A stretch of DNA of 19,547 bases from IMG/VR virus record IMGVR_UViG_2671181100_000008, positions 1 through 19,547 of that record; one strand, 5' to 3'. The position numbers were made by a program, and so were the translations under genes. The stretch is from a virus. Taxonomy: Duplodnaviria; Heunggongvirae; Uroviricota; Caudoviricetes. This document shows positions 1 through 8,412 of the stretch, one piece after another. The notes below the pieces were generated by a model. That model was given only the letters and a program-made list of their open reading frames with translations, searched no databases and was not told where the DNA came from. The stretch's first letter is position 1; each line of letters opens with the position of its first letter.

Positions 1-411
1 ATGCCTGCCCCCGTCGTCCTGATCCTTGCGGCCGGGCGTGGAGAGCGCTTTCTCGCCTCCGGGGGAAATACCCATAAGTGTATCGGCTGGCGTCAGTCCC
101 CGGAGGTTGCGCCTTATCGCTGGCCATTTGAAGAAAACGGGAGAACTTTCGACCTTGCGATTGAACCGCAGATTACGACTAATGATCTGCGTCTGATGTT
201 GAGGCTGGCTCTTGCCGGCGGAGGAATAACAATTGCCACTCAGGAAACTTTCAGGCCATATATTGAAAGCGGTAAGCTTGTATCGCTGCTTGATGACTTT
301 CTTCCACAATTTCCGGGCTTCTATCTGTATTTCCCACAGCGTCGCAATATTGCACCAAAGCTCCGCGCCCTGATTGACTACGTCAAAGAATGGCGGCAGC
401 AATTGGCTTAA
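1..411 (+). CDS. LysR-family transcriptional regulator, C-terminal fragment (5' end lies outside window)
   Basis: ORF open from base 1 in frame 1, stop TAA 409-411; translation resembles the C-terminal substrate-binding region of LysR-type regulators; GC-rich host-like composition contrasting with the AT-rich DNA that follows. Confidence 0.6.
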   Translation: MPAPVVLILAAGRGERFLASGGNTHKCIGWRQSPEVAPYRWPFEENGRTFDLAIEPQITTNDLRLMLRLALAGGGITIATQETFRPYIESGKLVSLLDDFLPQFPGFYLYFPQRRNIAPKLRALIDYVKEWRQQLA

Positions 412-535
412 ATGTCTGCACCTGCACTGCCTGATGTCAGAACAGTATTTTGATGAATTGCCAAGGTTACAATGGCACAAATACGGCACAGGAGGAAACG
501 TGGTGTATTTAAATATGGGGTAACTCTTTGATTTT

Positions 536-554
536 AATGGTGCGATAATAGGAG
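536..554. repeat. att core-like repeat: imperfect copy (one-base deletion) of the tRNA-Thr 3' end found at 12397-12416
   Basis: aatggtgcgataataggag at 536-554 versus aatggtgccgataataggag at 12397-12416, same orientation; proposed left boundary of the integrative element. Confidence 0.5.
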
Positions 555-613
555 CAAATCATAAAAACCAACCAATTGATTTATATGAATAAAAAAATTA
601 AAACATTATTAGG

Positions 614-633
614 TACCCCCAAAAGTACCCCCA
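614..633. repeat. Tandem TACCCCCA motif pair (possible arm-type recombinase binding sites), left end of element
   Basis: tacccccaaaagtaccccca at 614-633 matches tacccccataagtaccccca at 12265-12284 at 19 of 20 positions, same orientation, each just inside one end of the element. Confidence 0.4.
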
Positions 634-849
634 GATTTTCTTGTTGCCATCTAAATTGTTTAAAAAACATTCTATTGATGTTGATACCACAATTTAAGAA
701 CTGCCTTGAAGCATATCAAGTTAGCTAGACGTCAAAATGGCACTCTGGGAATTTGTGTTTTAGGCCCAACCTTAGTGATGTTTGCCGTACAGCTCCCTTT
801 ATGGTCATCCTATGGTAAAGTTAAGCTCCCTTCGAAAGGAGACCCCCAA

Positions 850-1977
850 ATGACGATAACAGCCTATTCTAGAAAATTTAAGCGTGAACTGGATGCTAAG
901 CAGTTGGAAAACCTTTTCGAACGTAGCAACTCAGATCCTTCTTTAAGTTTTAGAGATTTTGTTAAAGAGGATGTTGAATGCCCGGCATGCAATGTTTCTG
1001 GTGGTTATTACGTTTCGGAAGGAAGATCGCTCAGTAACGGCAAAGTTGTAAAGCAAGCACACTTTGCATTTCGAGACAATCTAGGTAAAGACTCTCACCT
1101 CCCATTTTGTGATTTTTATACTGGAGATGATAAGTTGAACGTTGTTTCAAATGAAGGCCGAATTGATTTTATGCGCTCGGGTTCTGAAGCGACACGCTTA
1201 ATAGGTCTTATGGTCTGCGCGGGAATTCAGGAGAAGATTTTTACGCAAGAAGATATACGTAACATGCGCCAATGGTTCTTAGATTTAAGAGAAAAAGGCA
1301 CTTTTACATTTAATTTAAGCCCTCACATAATTTACCTTGCAAAGGCCTCATTGATTAGATACAAGAGAAACTATGATAATTATGTTGTCGATCTCAGCGC
1401 CACAAACAAAAGTTGGTTCGACATCAATGAGGAAGTATATCAATCCCTTTATTTCAAGTACCCTCAATTCTATCTAAACCGTAATGAGAATCCTGAACTT
1501 TGGAATGTAAGGCTTAAATCAGTAGTCAAAAAAGCAAGAACTATAGTAATTAAAGACTCTGGAACATCAACATTTGACAGATCAATTCTCAACGAAAAAT
1601 ATGAGATAGCTACTCAAATGGCAAGACTGATTCGAGACTACCACCCTCGACTCCGTATGATTATTAGTTACACACCAACATCTATCAAAGCAAACAACCC
1701 ACTCATGGCTTTATCTGCATTATTATTACATGTTTCCGATTGGAATATTCAGGAAAGTTGTAAAAAAATCCAAGCAATTTTAGCAGTTGAGAAAGTTGAC
1801 GATAATTCTGCAGGAAACATTATTGGATTAAACCCATTCATTCACCATAGCGCTTGGATTCTTGTTAAAGCTTTAAACGACTTACATTCTAATTTAGACA
1901 AAGAAATTGATTTTGATAAAGCATTCAACGAAGAAAAAGAGAGGCTCATGAAAATTTACTATCCAAATGGTCAATAA
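850..1977 (+). CDS. Hypothetical protein (375 aa), putative partner of the downstream SIR2-like protein
   Basis: ATG at 850 preceded by AAGGAG (836-841) with 8-nt spacing; stop TAA 1975-1977; the ORF-track start at 706 is a TTG without an RBS. AT-rich. No domain recognisable by eye; one CPAC motif. Confidence 0.7.
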   Translation: MTITAYSRKFKRELDAKQLENLFERSNSDPSLSFRDFVKEDVECPACNVSGGYYVSEGRSLSNGKVVKQAHFAFRDNLGKDSHLPFCDFYTGDDKLNVVSNEGRIDFMRSGSEATRLIGLMVCAGIQEKIFTQEDIRNMRQWFLDLREKGTFTFNLSPHIIYLAKASLIRYKRNYDNYVVDLSATNKSWFDINEEVYQSLYFKYPQFYLNRNENPELWNVRLKSVVKKARTIVIKDSGTSTFDRSILNEKYEIATQMARLIRDYHPRLRMIISYTPTSIKANNPLMALSALLLHVSDWNIQESCKKIQAILAVEKVDDNSAGNIIGLNPFIHHSAWILVKALNDLHSNLDKEIDFDKAFNEEKERLMKIYYPNGQ

Positions 1978-2068
1978 CAAGTAAATTCTTATCTCTACAG
2001 ATAAATACATACTTGAGCTGTGTTCTAACAAATTTTAATGATTACCACTAATATATCTCGGGGGTCAA

Positions 2069-3568
2069 ATGAATATAACGGATTTTCTAAAAGGCTACAG
2101 AAACCATCCAATATTATTTGTTGGAGCAGGTTTCAGCATGAGATACTTATCAATTTCTTATAGCTGGCCGGCACTCTTAGAGAAAATTAGTATTGACCTG
2201 ACAAACTCTAATGAACTATATAAAGATCTTGTCAGAGAAAACAGTAATAAAGATGGTATTATAGACCTTCCAAAAGTGGCAACGCAATTAGAGCAAATAT
2301 TTGATGCAACACTTAAAGCAGATAGGAATGGAAAGTTCAAAAATATCAATGACTTATACTACAGCTCGGAAGATACCTCCTCAAATATTAGCAGATTTAA
2401 AATCTATCTTTCACAGTTAGTGAATATCACAGATTTAAAATTAGGAGTTCAAGATGAAATATCTGAATTAGTAAAAGCCTCCAAAAATATTGCCTCTGTG
2501 ATTACAACAAACTATGATAATTTTATCGAAAGTGCAATTGGTTATAACCCTGTAATTGGGAATGATATACTTTTAAGCAATCCTTATGGTTCTGTTTATA
2601 AAATTCACGGATGCGTTAGCAAACCAGAATCCATAATAATAACTGGTGATGACTATGTTCATTTTGATAAAAAATATGAGTTGATTCGTGCTCAACTCCT
2701 ATCCTTATTTATACATAACCCGATTATATTTATGGGGTATAGAATAGGTGACCCTAATATTAAAAAAGTATTAAAAACAATATTTTCATACATACCACCT
2801 CGTTCTAAAATTGCAGAAAAAATAAAAAACAACTTCCTTCTGATTGAAAGAGAAGAAGGCATTGATAATTTAAACGTTGTCTCTCACGATCTCGAAGTAG
2901 AAGATGCTGGGTTAATTAGCATTAATAAAATCGTTACAGATAACTTCTCAGACATATATAAAGAACTTGCTCAACTGCACTTACCAGTTTCGGTAATGGA
3001 TATACGCAGAGCAGAGAGTGTCTTTGGTAAAATAAAGGAAGGCGGAGACATAAAAGTAAAACTTGTTGGGGATTTGGACACGCTCAGAAATGATGAACTT
3101 GTTCTAGCCGTCGGTTCTGTTAACTCTATAAAAATACACATGCAAACACCTCAGGAGATGATGGAAAACTATTTTGATCTAATTTCAAATCAGGAGTCGC
3201 ATGTTGTCGAGTTGCTTGACAAGTTCACCATCAATAAAAGATCATATTTCCCAGCTTATGCTTTTCATAAATTCAGTCCAGGTGTTAAATGCTTAACATC
3301 ATTAATGAAAAATCAAAAAAGATTAATAGCGTCAAACTATGCTAGGTTACCCAAGAATCAAAGAATAGTAGAACACACCATTGAAGATATTTACGCTAAA
3401 CATTCAGATATTGATAGCAAATTACAAAATATTATTTTCTTCAATGCTCATGATGGACATATATCCTTGGAAGATTTAGAAAAACATGTCCGAGAATTTA
3501 AGGACAAGTCTCATACTGATTATCGCAAACTTTTAGCATTGTATGATTACCTCGCACACAATGTATAA
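2069..3568 (+). CDS. SIR2-like domain protein (499 aa): N-terminal SIR2_2-type putative NADase domain, C-terminal half unassigned
   Basis: Motifs seen in translation: ILFVGAGFS (res 15-23), ITTNYD (145-150, Asn148 codon 2510-2512), KIHGC (His180 codon 2606-2608), FMGYRIGD. Same strand as and 91 bp downstream of the 375-aa gene; AT-rich. Confidence 0.8.
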   Translation: MNITDFLKGYRNHPILFVGAGFSMRYLSISYSWPALLEKISIDLTNSNELYKDLVRENSNKDGIIDLPKVATQLEQIFDATLKADRNGKFKNINDLYYSSEDTSSNISRFKIYLSQLVNITDLKLGVQDEISELVKASKNIASVITTNYDNFIESAIGYNPVIGNDILLSNPYGSVYKIHGCVSKPESIIITGDDYVHFDKKYELIRAQLLSLFIHNPIIFMGYRIGDPNIKKVLKTIFSYIPPRSKIAEKIKNNFLLIEREEGIDNLNVVSHDLEVEDAGLISINKIVTDNFSDIYKELAQLHLPVSVMDIRRAESVFGKIKEGGDIKVKLVGDLDTLRNDELVLAVGSVNSIKIHMQTPQEMMENYFDLISNQESHVVELLDKFTINKRSYFPAYAFHKFSPGVKCLTSLMKNQKRLIASNYARLPKNQRIVEHTIEDIYAKHSDIDSKLQNIIFFNAHDGHISLEDLEKHVREFKDKSHTDYRKLLALYDYLAHNV

Positions 3569-3694
3569 TTATATACATTATCATTGTGATTATAGTTAGC
3601 AAAACTGCAACTGATGGTTTTATACGATTACTAGTTGCAGCCGCAGTTTACAGATCACATCAACTGTAACTTAGAGCGTTTAGAGCCAAAAATT

Positions 3695-3715
3695 CCCGCT
3701 GGTATAGCCAGCGGG
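3695..3715. terminator. GC-rich hairpin between convergent operons, candidate bidirectional terminator
   Basis: cccgctgg (3695-3702) pairs with ccagcggg (3708-3715) around a short loop; an A-run lies before it and gttttg after it on the plus strand, so a T-run follows on either strand. Confidence 0.4.
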
Positions 3716-4011
3716 TGACAGGTTTTGACTGATGCAACCAACGAGCTGTACCTGAAGTTTTCTAAAGGGGGAGAGGTTGTCACTTTCCCCCTGGTTTTCC
3801 CTAGTAAGGCATAACAAACCATAACAGGCTGACACCTGCGCTGCTTCGCATCAGGACTAACAAAAGCTAACCGCCGGGCTCAACAAAGCTCAACGCAAGC
3901 CCTTTACACTTCTGCTCTAGCTGCTGTTCGCAGGCGTCAGGATCCGTTAGGTTGGGTTGACACTTTTCCCAGTTTCTCGCGAAAAAGTGTCAAGTTTGAG
4001 GGCTGGGGGGT

Positions 4012-4509
4012 TTACAGTTTTTCGCCGTCCAGCAGGCAGAGTGACATTAAACCAGTTTTGTTCCAGTCATCCAGCGTATCGGGGTGCATTGTGGCAACGT
4101 AAGCCAGCTCAGAACGAAGAAACCGTAAAGCGCCTGCTGCACGGTCTTTGCCATAGAAGCTGTGGGTTTCTTCATCCGGCCGGAAGAGAATCAGCAATTG
4201 TTCATCGGACTCGTGCTGAACATCAAAACCCAGCTCAGCGGCTGCTGCCTCTATTCGCTGGCCAGCATTAATATCAGCCGGCAGCTCTTTCCCGCCGTCA
4301 TGCCCCCATACCCACGCGGCGGCCTGCGCCCACGTCATTGCATTGTGATGATCACCAGCACCAGCACCAGCAGAATTTTGCTTCGCCTGTGTTGCTTCAA
4401 CATCCACTTTATCGCCTGATAGCACAATCTCACCACGTGCTATCCAGCCGTAAACTGTTTGTCGGCTAACGCCCATATGCCTGGCGTAGGCTGATTTACT
4501 TAACAGCAT
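4012..4509 (-). CDS. HTH DNA-binding protein (165 aa), possibly terminase-small-subunit-like or packaging-redirecting
   Basis: ATG at 4509 with GGAGGG RBS upstream on the minus strand; N-terminus MLLSKSAYARHMGVSRQTVYGWIARGEI is a typical helix-turn-helix; last gene of the minus-strand operon. Function is inference. Confidence 0.55.
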   Translation of the reverse strand: MLLSKSAYARHMGVSRQTVYGWIARGEIVLSGDKVDVEATQAKQNSAGAGAGDHHNAMTWAQAAAWVWGHDGGKELPADINAGQRIEAAAAELGFDVQHESDEQLLILFRPDEETHSFYGKDRAAGALRFLRSELAYVATMHPDTLDDWNKTGLMSLCLLDGEKL

Positions 4510-4543
4510 CGTGTGTTTCCCTCCGGGCAGAAAAAAGCCGCCA

Positions 4544-5338
4544 TCAGGCGGCCTGTTTCCCATCTTCATCATCTGCTTTACCCTGTCGGGAATTAATTTT
4601 TTCCATACCATCAATGTACTCGGACAGATTCGCCAGCCCGGAGACTCGAGGAGCCACATCGCGAGGGTCGTCATTGCTTCCAAATACCAGATTTGCATAC
4701 CATGTGCGAACAGCGATGATTTGCTGCAGGTTGCGGTTAATGGCTTTTACCAGGTTAGAAACAGATTTGATAACGGCTCCGTTATCTGTGGCGATACGGG
4801 CAAAAGTCAGTCGCTCCAGCTGAGAATCTGTTACGCCTGAGCAAATGGCGTTACCTCGTAGCAGGGCGTCACATAAATCAGTCTGATTCCCGGCATACAT
4901 TGCTACCATCAGCTTTTCTTTCGCAGCTCCATCCAGCGAGCGAAATACATTCCGTAGCTCACTATCTCGCATAAATCCGACAACATCACCCTCGGCCAAC
5001 GGAGCAACTGGGGCCAGTTTGGTCTTAAGATAATTGAGAATATTTTCAGCTTGTTCGCTGATCATCGCCGTACTTCTAGTGAAAGCCGTGAGTGTGTCTC
5101 TATTTGCCGCATCTCTGGCCCGGCGGTTTTTTGCTGCTTCGTTTAAATCCGGATCATTGCGGATAACCTCTACGGCATCGGCTTCCGCCTCAGCTAACAT
5201 TGCCACGGCCCGCAGATCACCAAAAATATTCGTCATCCCTTTAAAAAGAATCGCCATCTGCTCATTAGGCGCAACCACTTCAGAAACGTTATCAGTGATA
5301 GCAATGCTTCTTTGCCCAATTTTAATTTCGTAACTCAC
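4544..5338 (-). CDS. Hypothetical satellite/phage protein (264 aa), GTG start
   Basis: GTG at 5338 preceded by GGAGGT; no in-frame ATG upstream before a stop; start overlaps the stop of the upstream small gene (GTGA overlap at 5335-5338). Confidence 0.6.
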   Translation of the reverse strand: MSYEIKIGQRSIAITDNVSEVVAPNEQMAILFKGMTNIFGDLRAVAMLAEAEADAVEVIRNDPDLNEAAKNRRARDAANRDTLTAFTRSTAMISEQAENILNYLKTKLAPVAPLAEGDVVGFMRDSELRNVFRSLDGAAKEKLMVAMYAGNQTDLCDALLRGNAICSGVTDSQLERLTFARIATDNGAVIKSVSNLVKAINRNLQQIIAVRTWYANLVFGSNDDPRDVAPRVSGLANLSEYIDGMEKINSRQGKADDEDGKQAA

Positions 5339-5508
5339 TGGCTTACCTCCATTCTGGATAGCCCAACATCAAATATTTTTCTCGCCACATCATGGATTGA
5401 TGGTGCGATACCAAACCCGGATTTCTGGCGTTCCTGCTCCTGGATGGCTTTTAATGCCGCAACCTGAGCAGCGCTCAGAAGAACGGGTTTCACGTGTTCC
5501 TTTTTCAT
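5335..5508 (-). CDS. Small hypothetical protein (57 aa)
   Basis: ATG at 5508 with G-rich RBS (AAGGGGG); the longer ORF-track start at 5547 is TTG; translationally coupled to the 264-aa gene. Confidence 0.5.
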   Translation of the reverse strand: MKKEHVKPVLLSAAQVAALKAIQEQERQKSGFGIAPSIHDVARKIFDVGLSRMEVSQ

Positions 5509-5639
5509 GCTTCCCCCTTGGTTATCACATGATAAAAAACGCAACAATCACAATAATCATTGCAAGTAATGAAATGATGGTAATGAAATCGAGGGGATGC
5601 ACAACGTGAAATGAATGGATGCGTTTTAAAGAATTTGCC

Positions 5640-5890
5640 CTCAAGGTATACATGGTGTTCATAAAGGCTATAAATTGCTTATAAAACATAATATTAACCT
5701 ATGAACACCAGCCTACATTTTGGGATTTCAGGTCTACACGGTATACATCATTCTGTTTAATAAACGATCAGATGGTTAATGAGAGAATGAACACCATGTA
5801 CACCCTGTGTATACCTGAAAACAAGGTATACATGGTTTATTGCACTGATTTATATATAAATTATTCTCTCGATGTATACCATGTATACCT
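5640..5890. repeat. Iteron-like cluster of a 12-bp motif GGTATACATGGT in both orientations (putative replication origin or operator)
   Basis: Exact copies at 5645-5656 and 5825-5836 (direct), exact inverted copy at 5878-5889, degenerate copies at 5740-5751 and 5793-5804 (inverted), half-site at 5808-5816; AT-rich spacer immediately downstream of the primase gene. Confidence 0.55.
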
Positions 5891-5911
5891 TTCTCCATAT
5901 TTATCTGAACT

Positions 5912-7675
5912 TCATTCTTTATGACCGGCTACAGGATGCGTCTGAGGTAACCAGTCTTCCGCACTCTCTGAAAGTTCAACGTTGGTCACCATGCCACGGG
6001 CTCTCCGTTCCTTACGGTACTCGTGATTAAACTCCCTCATCGCGCTTTCCATCCCCTCTGCGAATTTATTCAGCGTCAGCGGCTTGTCGAAACCGTTGGC
6101 CTCCAGGAATGCCAGGTAAGCGTGATAGAGATAAATTCGCGGATAGTGAGGCGGATTGCGGTTTCCTACCATCATTCCCGCACAATCAGCCAGCCGCTCA
6201 AGATGCGCGCAGAAGGCATAAAGCGGATCCGTTTTCTGCTTCACCTCCAGTGCTTCTTCGCTGTTCCGTTGCTCCAGCAGCAGCGCCCGCGCTTTTTCCG
6301 GGTTCGCAAAGTTCGCCAGCAGCCGACGAACCACCACCGGAATTTCAGCGGATATCTTTTCTGCCAGGTCGGGATCTTTATCCTCCTCGCTGACGCGCCG
6401 GTTAAACTGGAAAATTACGCGTCGCCGGGAAACGCCGCCGGCACGTTCGGTGAAAATCATCGGCGTGTTGTTCGTGGCCACAACCACCGCCCGCAAAACG
6501 GCGGTGTACTGGTGCTCGTGTTTCGGGTCGATCTCCACGGCATCCCCGCCGGTTATCGCTTTTATCCCGGTACCCTCTCCTGAATATTTGGGCTGATCAG
6601 GAAGCGTTATCATGCTTTTCCCGACGAACTGCGCCCGCCCGCGCGCGCTGTCGAGCGCCGCCATGTTCCCGCTGGCGGTGTTATGCGCACCGGCCAGCAT
6701 CGTAGCGATATGGGTAAAGACACTTTTCCCGCTACCGCCATCACCGGTTATCTCGAGGAACAGCTGCCAGTCGTACCGGTTCGCCAGCACCATAAAGAGC
6801 GCTGCAGCGATGCGCTGCATCTTAATTGCGTCTCTATCTGATGCGTAACTTAGCCATTTATGGAAGTTCGGCGCGTGGTCGCGGAGGTTTTCGCCCGGTA
6901 CCGCTGGCGTGTAGGTCACGCCGTTATGATTGGTTAGCCAGTTGTCCTGGCTGTGTTCGGAGAAAATGCCGGTTTCCATATCGTAGACACCGTTTGCAAA
7001 GGGGATCAGGCTCCGCCGCGGCTCCCCCATCACCGGGATAACGATTTTCAGGGCGTCGATAACGTTGTTGATCGCGCGCTTGCTGAAGTTGGTTTTGTTC
7101 TCGTTGTAGATAGCCACCATTTCGCGGCTCAGCTCGAGCATAGACGTTTTCTCCCAAATGCCGGCGCGGTAGACGTACACGCCCTCGCTGTTTTCGTTGA
7201 TTGCAATGCCGGTGTAACGCGCGGCCAGTATGAGCGCCTTTTCGTTATCAGCCAGGTCGCGGAGGTTTACATCCGTCAGCGGTTTGCCGATCACCATACT
7301 TTTGCCGGCTTCCGCATCGGCTTTGAGGCGCGGCAGCTGCGGCGTCCAGTCCTCCAGAAGCTGATAACCTTCAGAGTAGAATTGCGCGCGCTCCACGCCG
7401 GCCACCGCCAGCTTTGTCGCGAGAATGGTTATCTGCCGTTCGGTCAGATGCCCGCCGCGGCAAACCCGGGCATAGAGCCGGCCATCATCAACAATGCGGA
7501 TATTCTCCAGCTCCGCCAGCTGCTTTTTATCCAGCACAACCGGCGGCACCGTGTCGCCAATCGGGTTCATTTCCTGCCATGCTTTGGCGAACGTCCAGGC
7601 ATCGGCGCCGGCAAAGATGATTGACTCCTCCATGAGATCCGCCGGCTGCTTTTTAAGGTTTGGTGCATTCTTCAT
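5912..7675 (-). CDS. Primase/helicase-like replication protein (P4 alpha / D5-type C-terminal NTPase family), 587 aa
   Basis: Walker A-like GDGGSGKS in translation; size and context typical of satellite/PICI pri-rep genes; ATG at 7675 overlaps the stop of the upstream gene (ATGA). Confidence 0.8.
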   Translation of the reverse strand: MKNAPNLKKQPADLMEESIIFAGADAWTFAKAWQEMNPIGDTVPPVVLDKKQLAELENIRIVDDGRLYARVCRGGHLTERQITILATKLAVAGVERAQFYSEGYQLLEDWTPQLPRLKADAEAGKSMVIGKPLTDVNLRDLADNEKALILAARYTGIAINENSEGVYVYRAGIWEKTSMLELSREMVAIYNENKTNFSKRAINNVIDALKIVIPVMGEPRRSLIPFANGVYDMETGIFSEHSQDNWLTNHNGVTYTPAVPGENLRDHAPNFHKWLSYASDRDAIKMQRIAAALFMVLANRYDWQLFLEITGDGGSGKSVFTHIATMLAGAHNTASGNMAALDSARGRAQFVGKSMITLPDQPKYSGEGTGIKAITGGDAVEIDPKHEHQYTAVLRAVVVATNNTPMIFTERAGGVSRRRVIFQFNRRVSEEDKDPDLAEKISAEIPVVVRRLLANFANPEKARALLLEQRNSEEALEVKQKTDPLYAFCAHLERLADCAGMMVGNRNPPHYPRIYLYHAYLAFLEANGFDKPLTLNKFAEGMESAMREFNHEYRKERRARGMVTNVELSESAEDWLPQTHPVAGHKE

Positions 7676-7986
7676 TTTCTGTTCCCTCGCTCCCTGATGA
7701 TTTCCCGCATGACACGAATTCGCTCGATGCCCTGTACCCGCATAATCCGATCGATATCTTTTTCGCCGGCGACCGGCGCGGAAGAAACAAATTCAAATTC
7801 CCGCACCAGTCTTTCTGGCGTGCAAAAACACGGTGAGCTGTACCCCTCGCGGCAATATGTCACTCTGTCGAATCGGTAACTTTCGATAATTACGATGCTG
7901 CCCCGGCTGTCCTTCCATTTATCGCCCGGCCTGATTTCAGGGTGAGCGCGGCCACCAGCAGCTAAGCCGGAAATTTTAATCGTCAT
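7672..7986 (-). CDS. Hypothetical protein (104 aa), replication operon
   Basis: ATG at 7986 with GAGGT RBS; stop overlaps the primase start. Confidence 0.55.
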   Translation of the reverse strand: MTIKISGLAAGGRAHPEIRPGDKWKDSRGSIVIIESYRFDRVTYCREGYSSPCFCTPERLVREFEFVSSAPVAGEKDIDRIMRVQGIERIRVMREIIRERGNRK

Positions 7987-7996
7987 ATTTTTTACC

Positions 7997-8200
7997 TCAC
8001 GCCGCTGGCGGGATTACCTGATAACCAATCTTCTTCAGAAAGCGCGCGGCACTCTCCACCGTGAAAAGGATCTCGTCGTCCATAAGGGGGCGCATCGACT
8101 GCAACCCGTTCGACGTGTCCACCAGATAGCGGCCGCCGGCCGGAAAACTGAATACAGTTTTGCCATCGCTACAGCGCACCAGATTATAAATAGCGGTCAT
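7997..8200 (-). CDS. Hypothetical protein (67 aa)
   Basis: ATG at 8200 with GGGAGG RBS; ATGA overlap with the upstream gene stop. Confidence 0.5.
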   Translation of the reverse strand: MTAIYNLVRCSDGKTVFSFPAGGRYLVDTSNGLQSMRPLMDDEILFTVESAARFLKKIGYQVIPPAA

Positions 8201-8412
8201 GGTCTGACCTCCCTGACTTTCACCAGATATTCCGATGCCTGACTGACCAGGCTGTGAACCGCCGCGACACGAAAGCTTTCCATTTCATCATCCGGCGCCA
8301 GGGTGTTTATCCACATATCGAGAACGGCAAGCGCCTGACGGCTGTATTCAAGCGCCTGGCCTGCGCTGGTCGTCAGCATGGCAATGGATTCGTTTTGAGT
8401 TGGCTTTGTCAT
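8197..8412 (-). CDS. Hypothetical protein (71 aa)
   Basis: ATG at 8412; ATGA overlap with the stop of the recombinase-like gene. Confidence 0.5.
   Translation of the reverse strand: MTKPTQNESIAMLTTSAGQALEYSRQALAVLDMWINTLAPDDEMESFRVAAVHSLVSQASEYLVKVREVRP

Noticed and set aside
584-751. 55-codon ATG ORF spanning the TACCCCCA repeats
   Set aside because: No RBS, overlaps the repeat and att-arm region, and has low-complexity composition; likely spurious.
706-849. N-terminal extension of the 375-aa gene from the TTG at 706
   Set aside because: TTG start with no Shine-Dalgarno sequence; the ATG at 850 is preceded by AAGGAG with good spacing.
2158-2349. 63-aa minus-strand ORF inside the SIR2 gene
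   Set aside because: Embedded antisense in a CDS with clear domain motifs.
3957-5333. Plus-strand ORFs (104, 85, 109, 69, 99 aa) opposite the HTH, 264-aa and 57-aa genes
   Set aside because: Antisense to the translationally coupled minus-strand operon; no RBS; biased composition.
6023-7697. Plus-strand ORFs (186, 94, 78, 71, 223, 68, 67 aa) antisense to the primase gene
   Set aside because: They lie within a well-supported GC-rich gene on the opposite strand and have Arg/Pro-rich antisense-type composition with no RBS.
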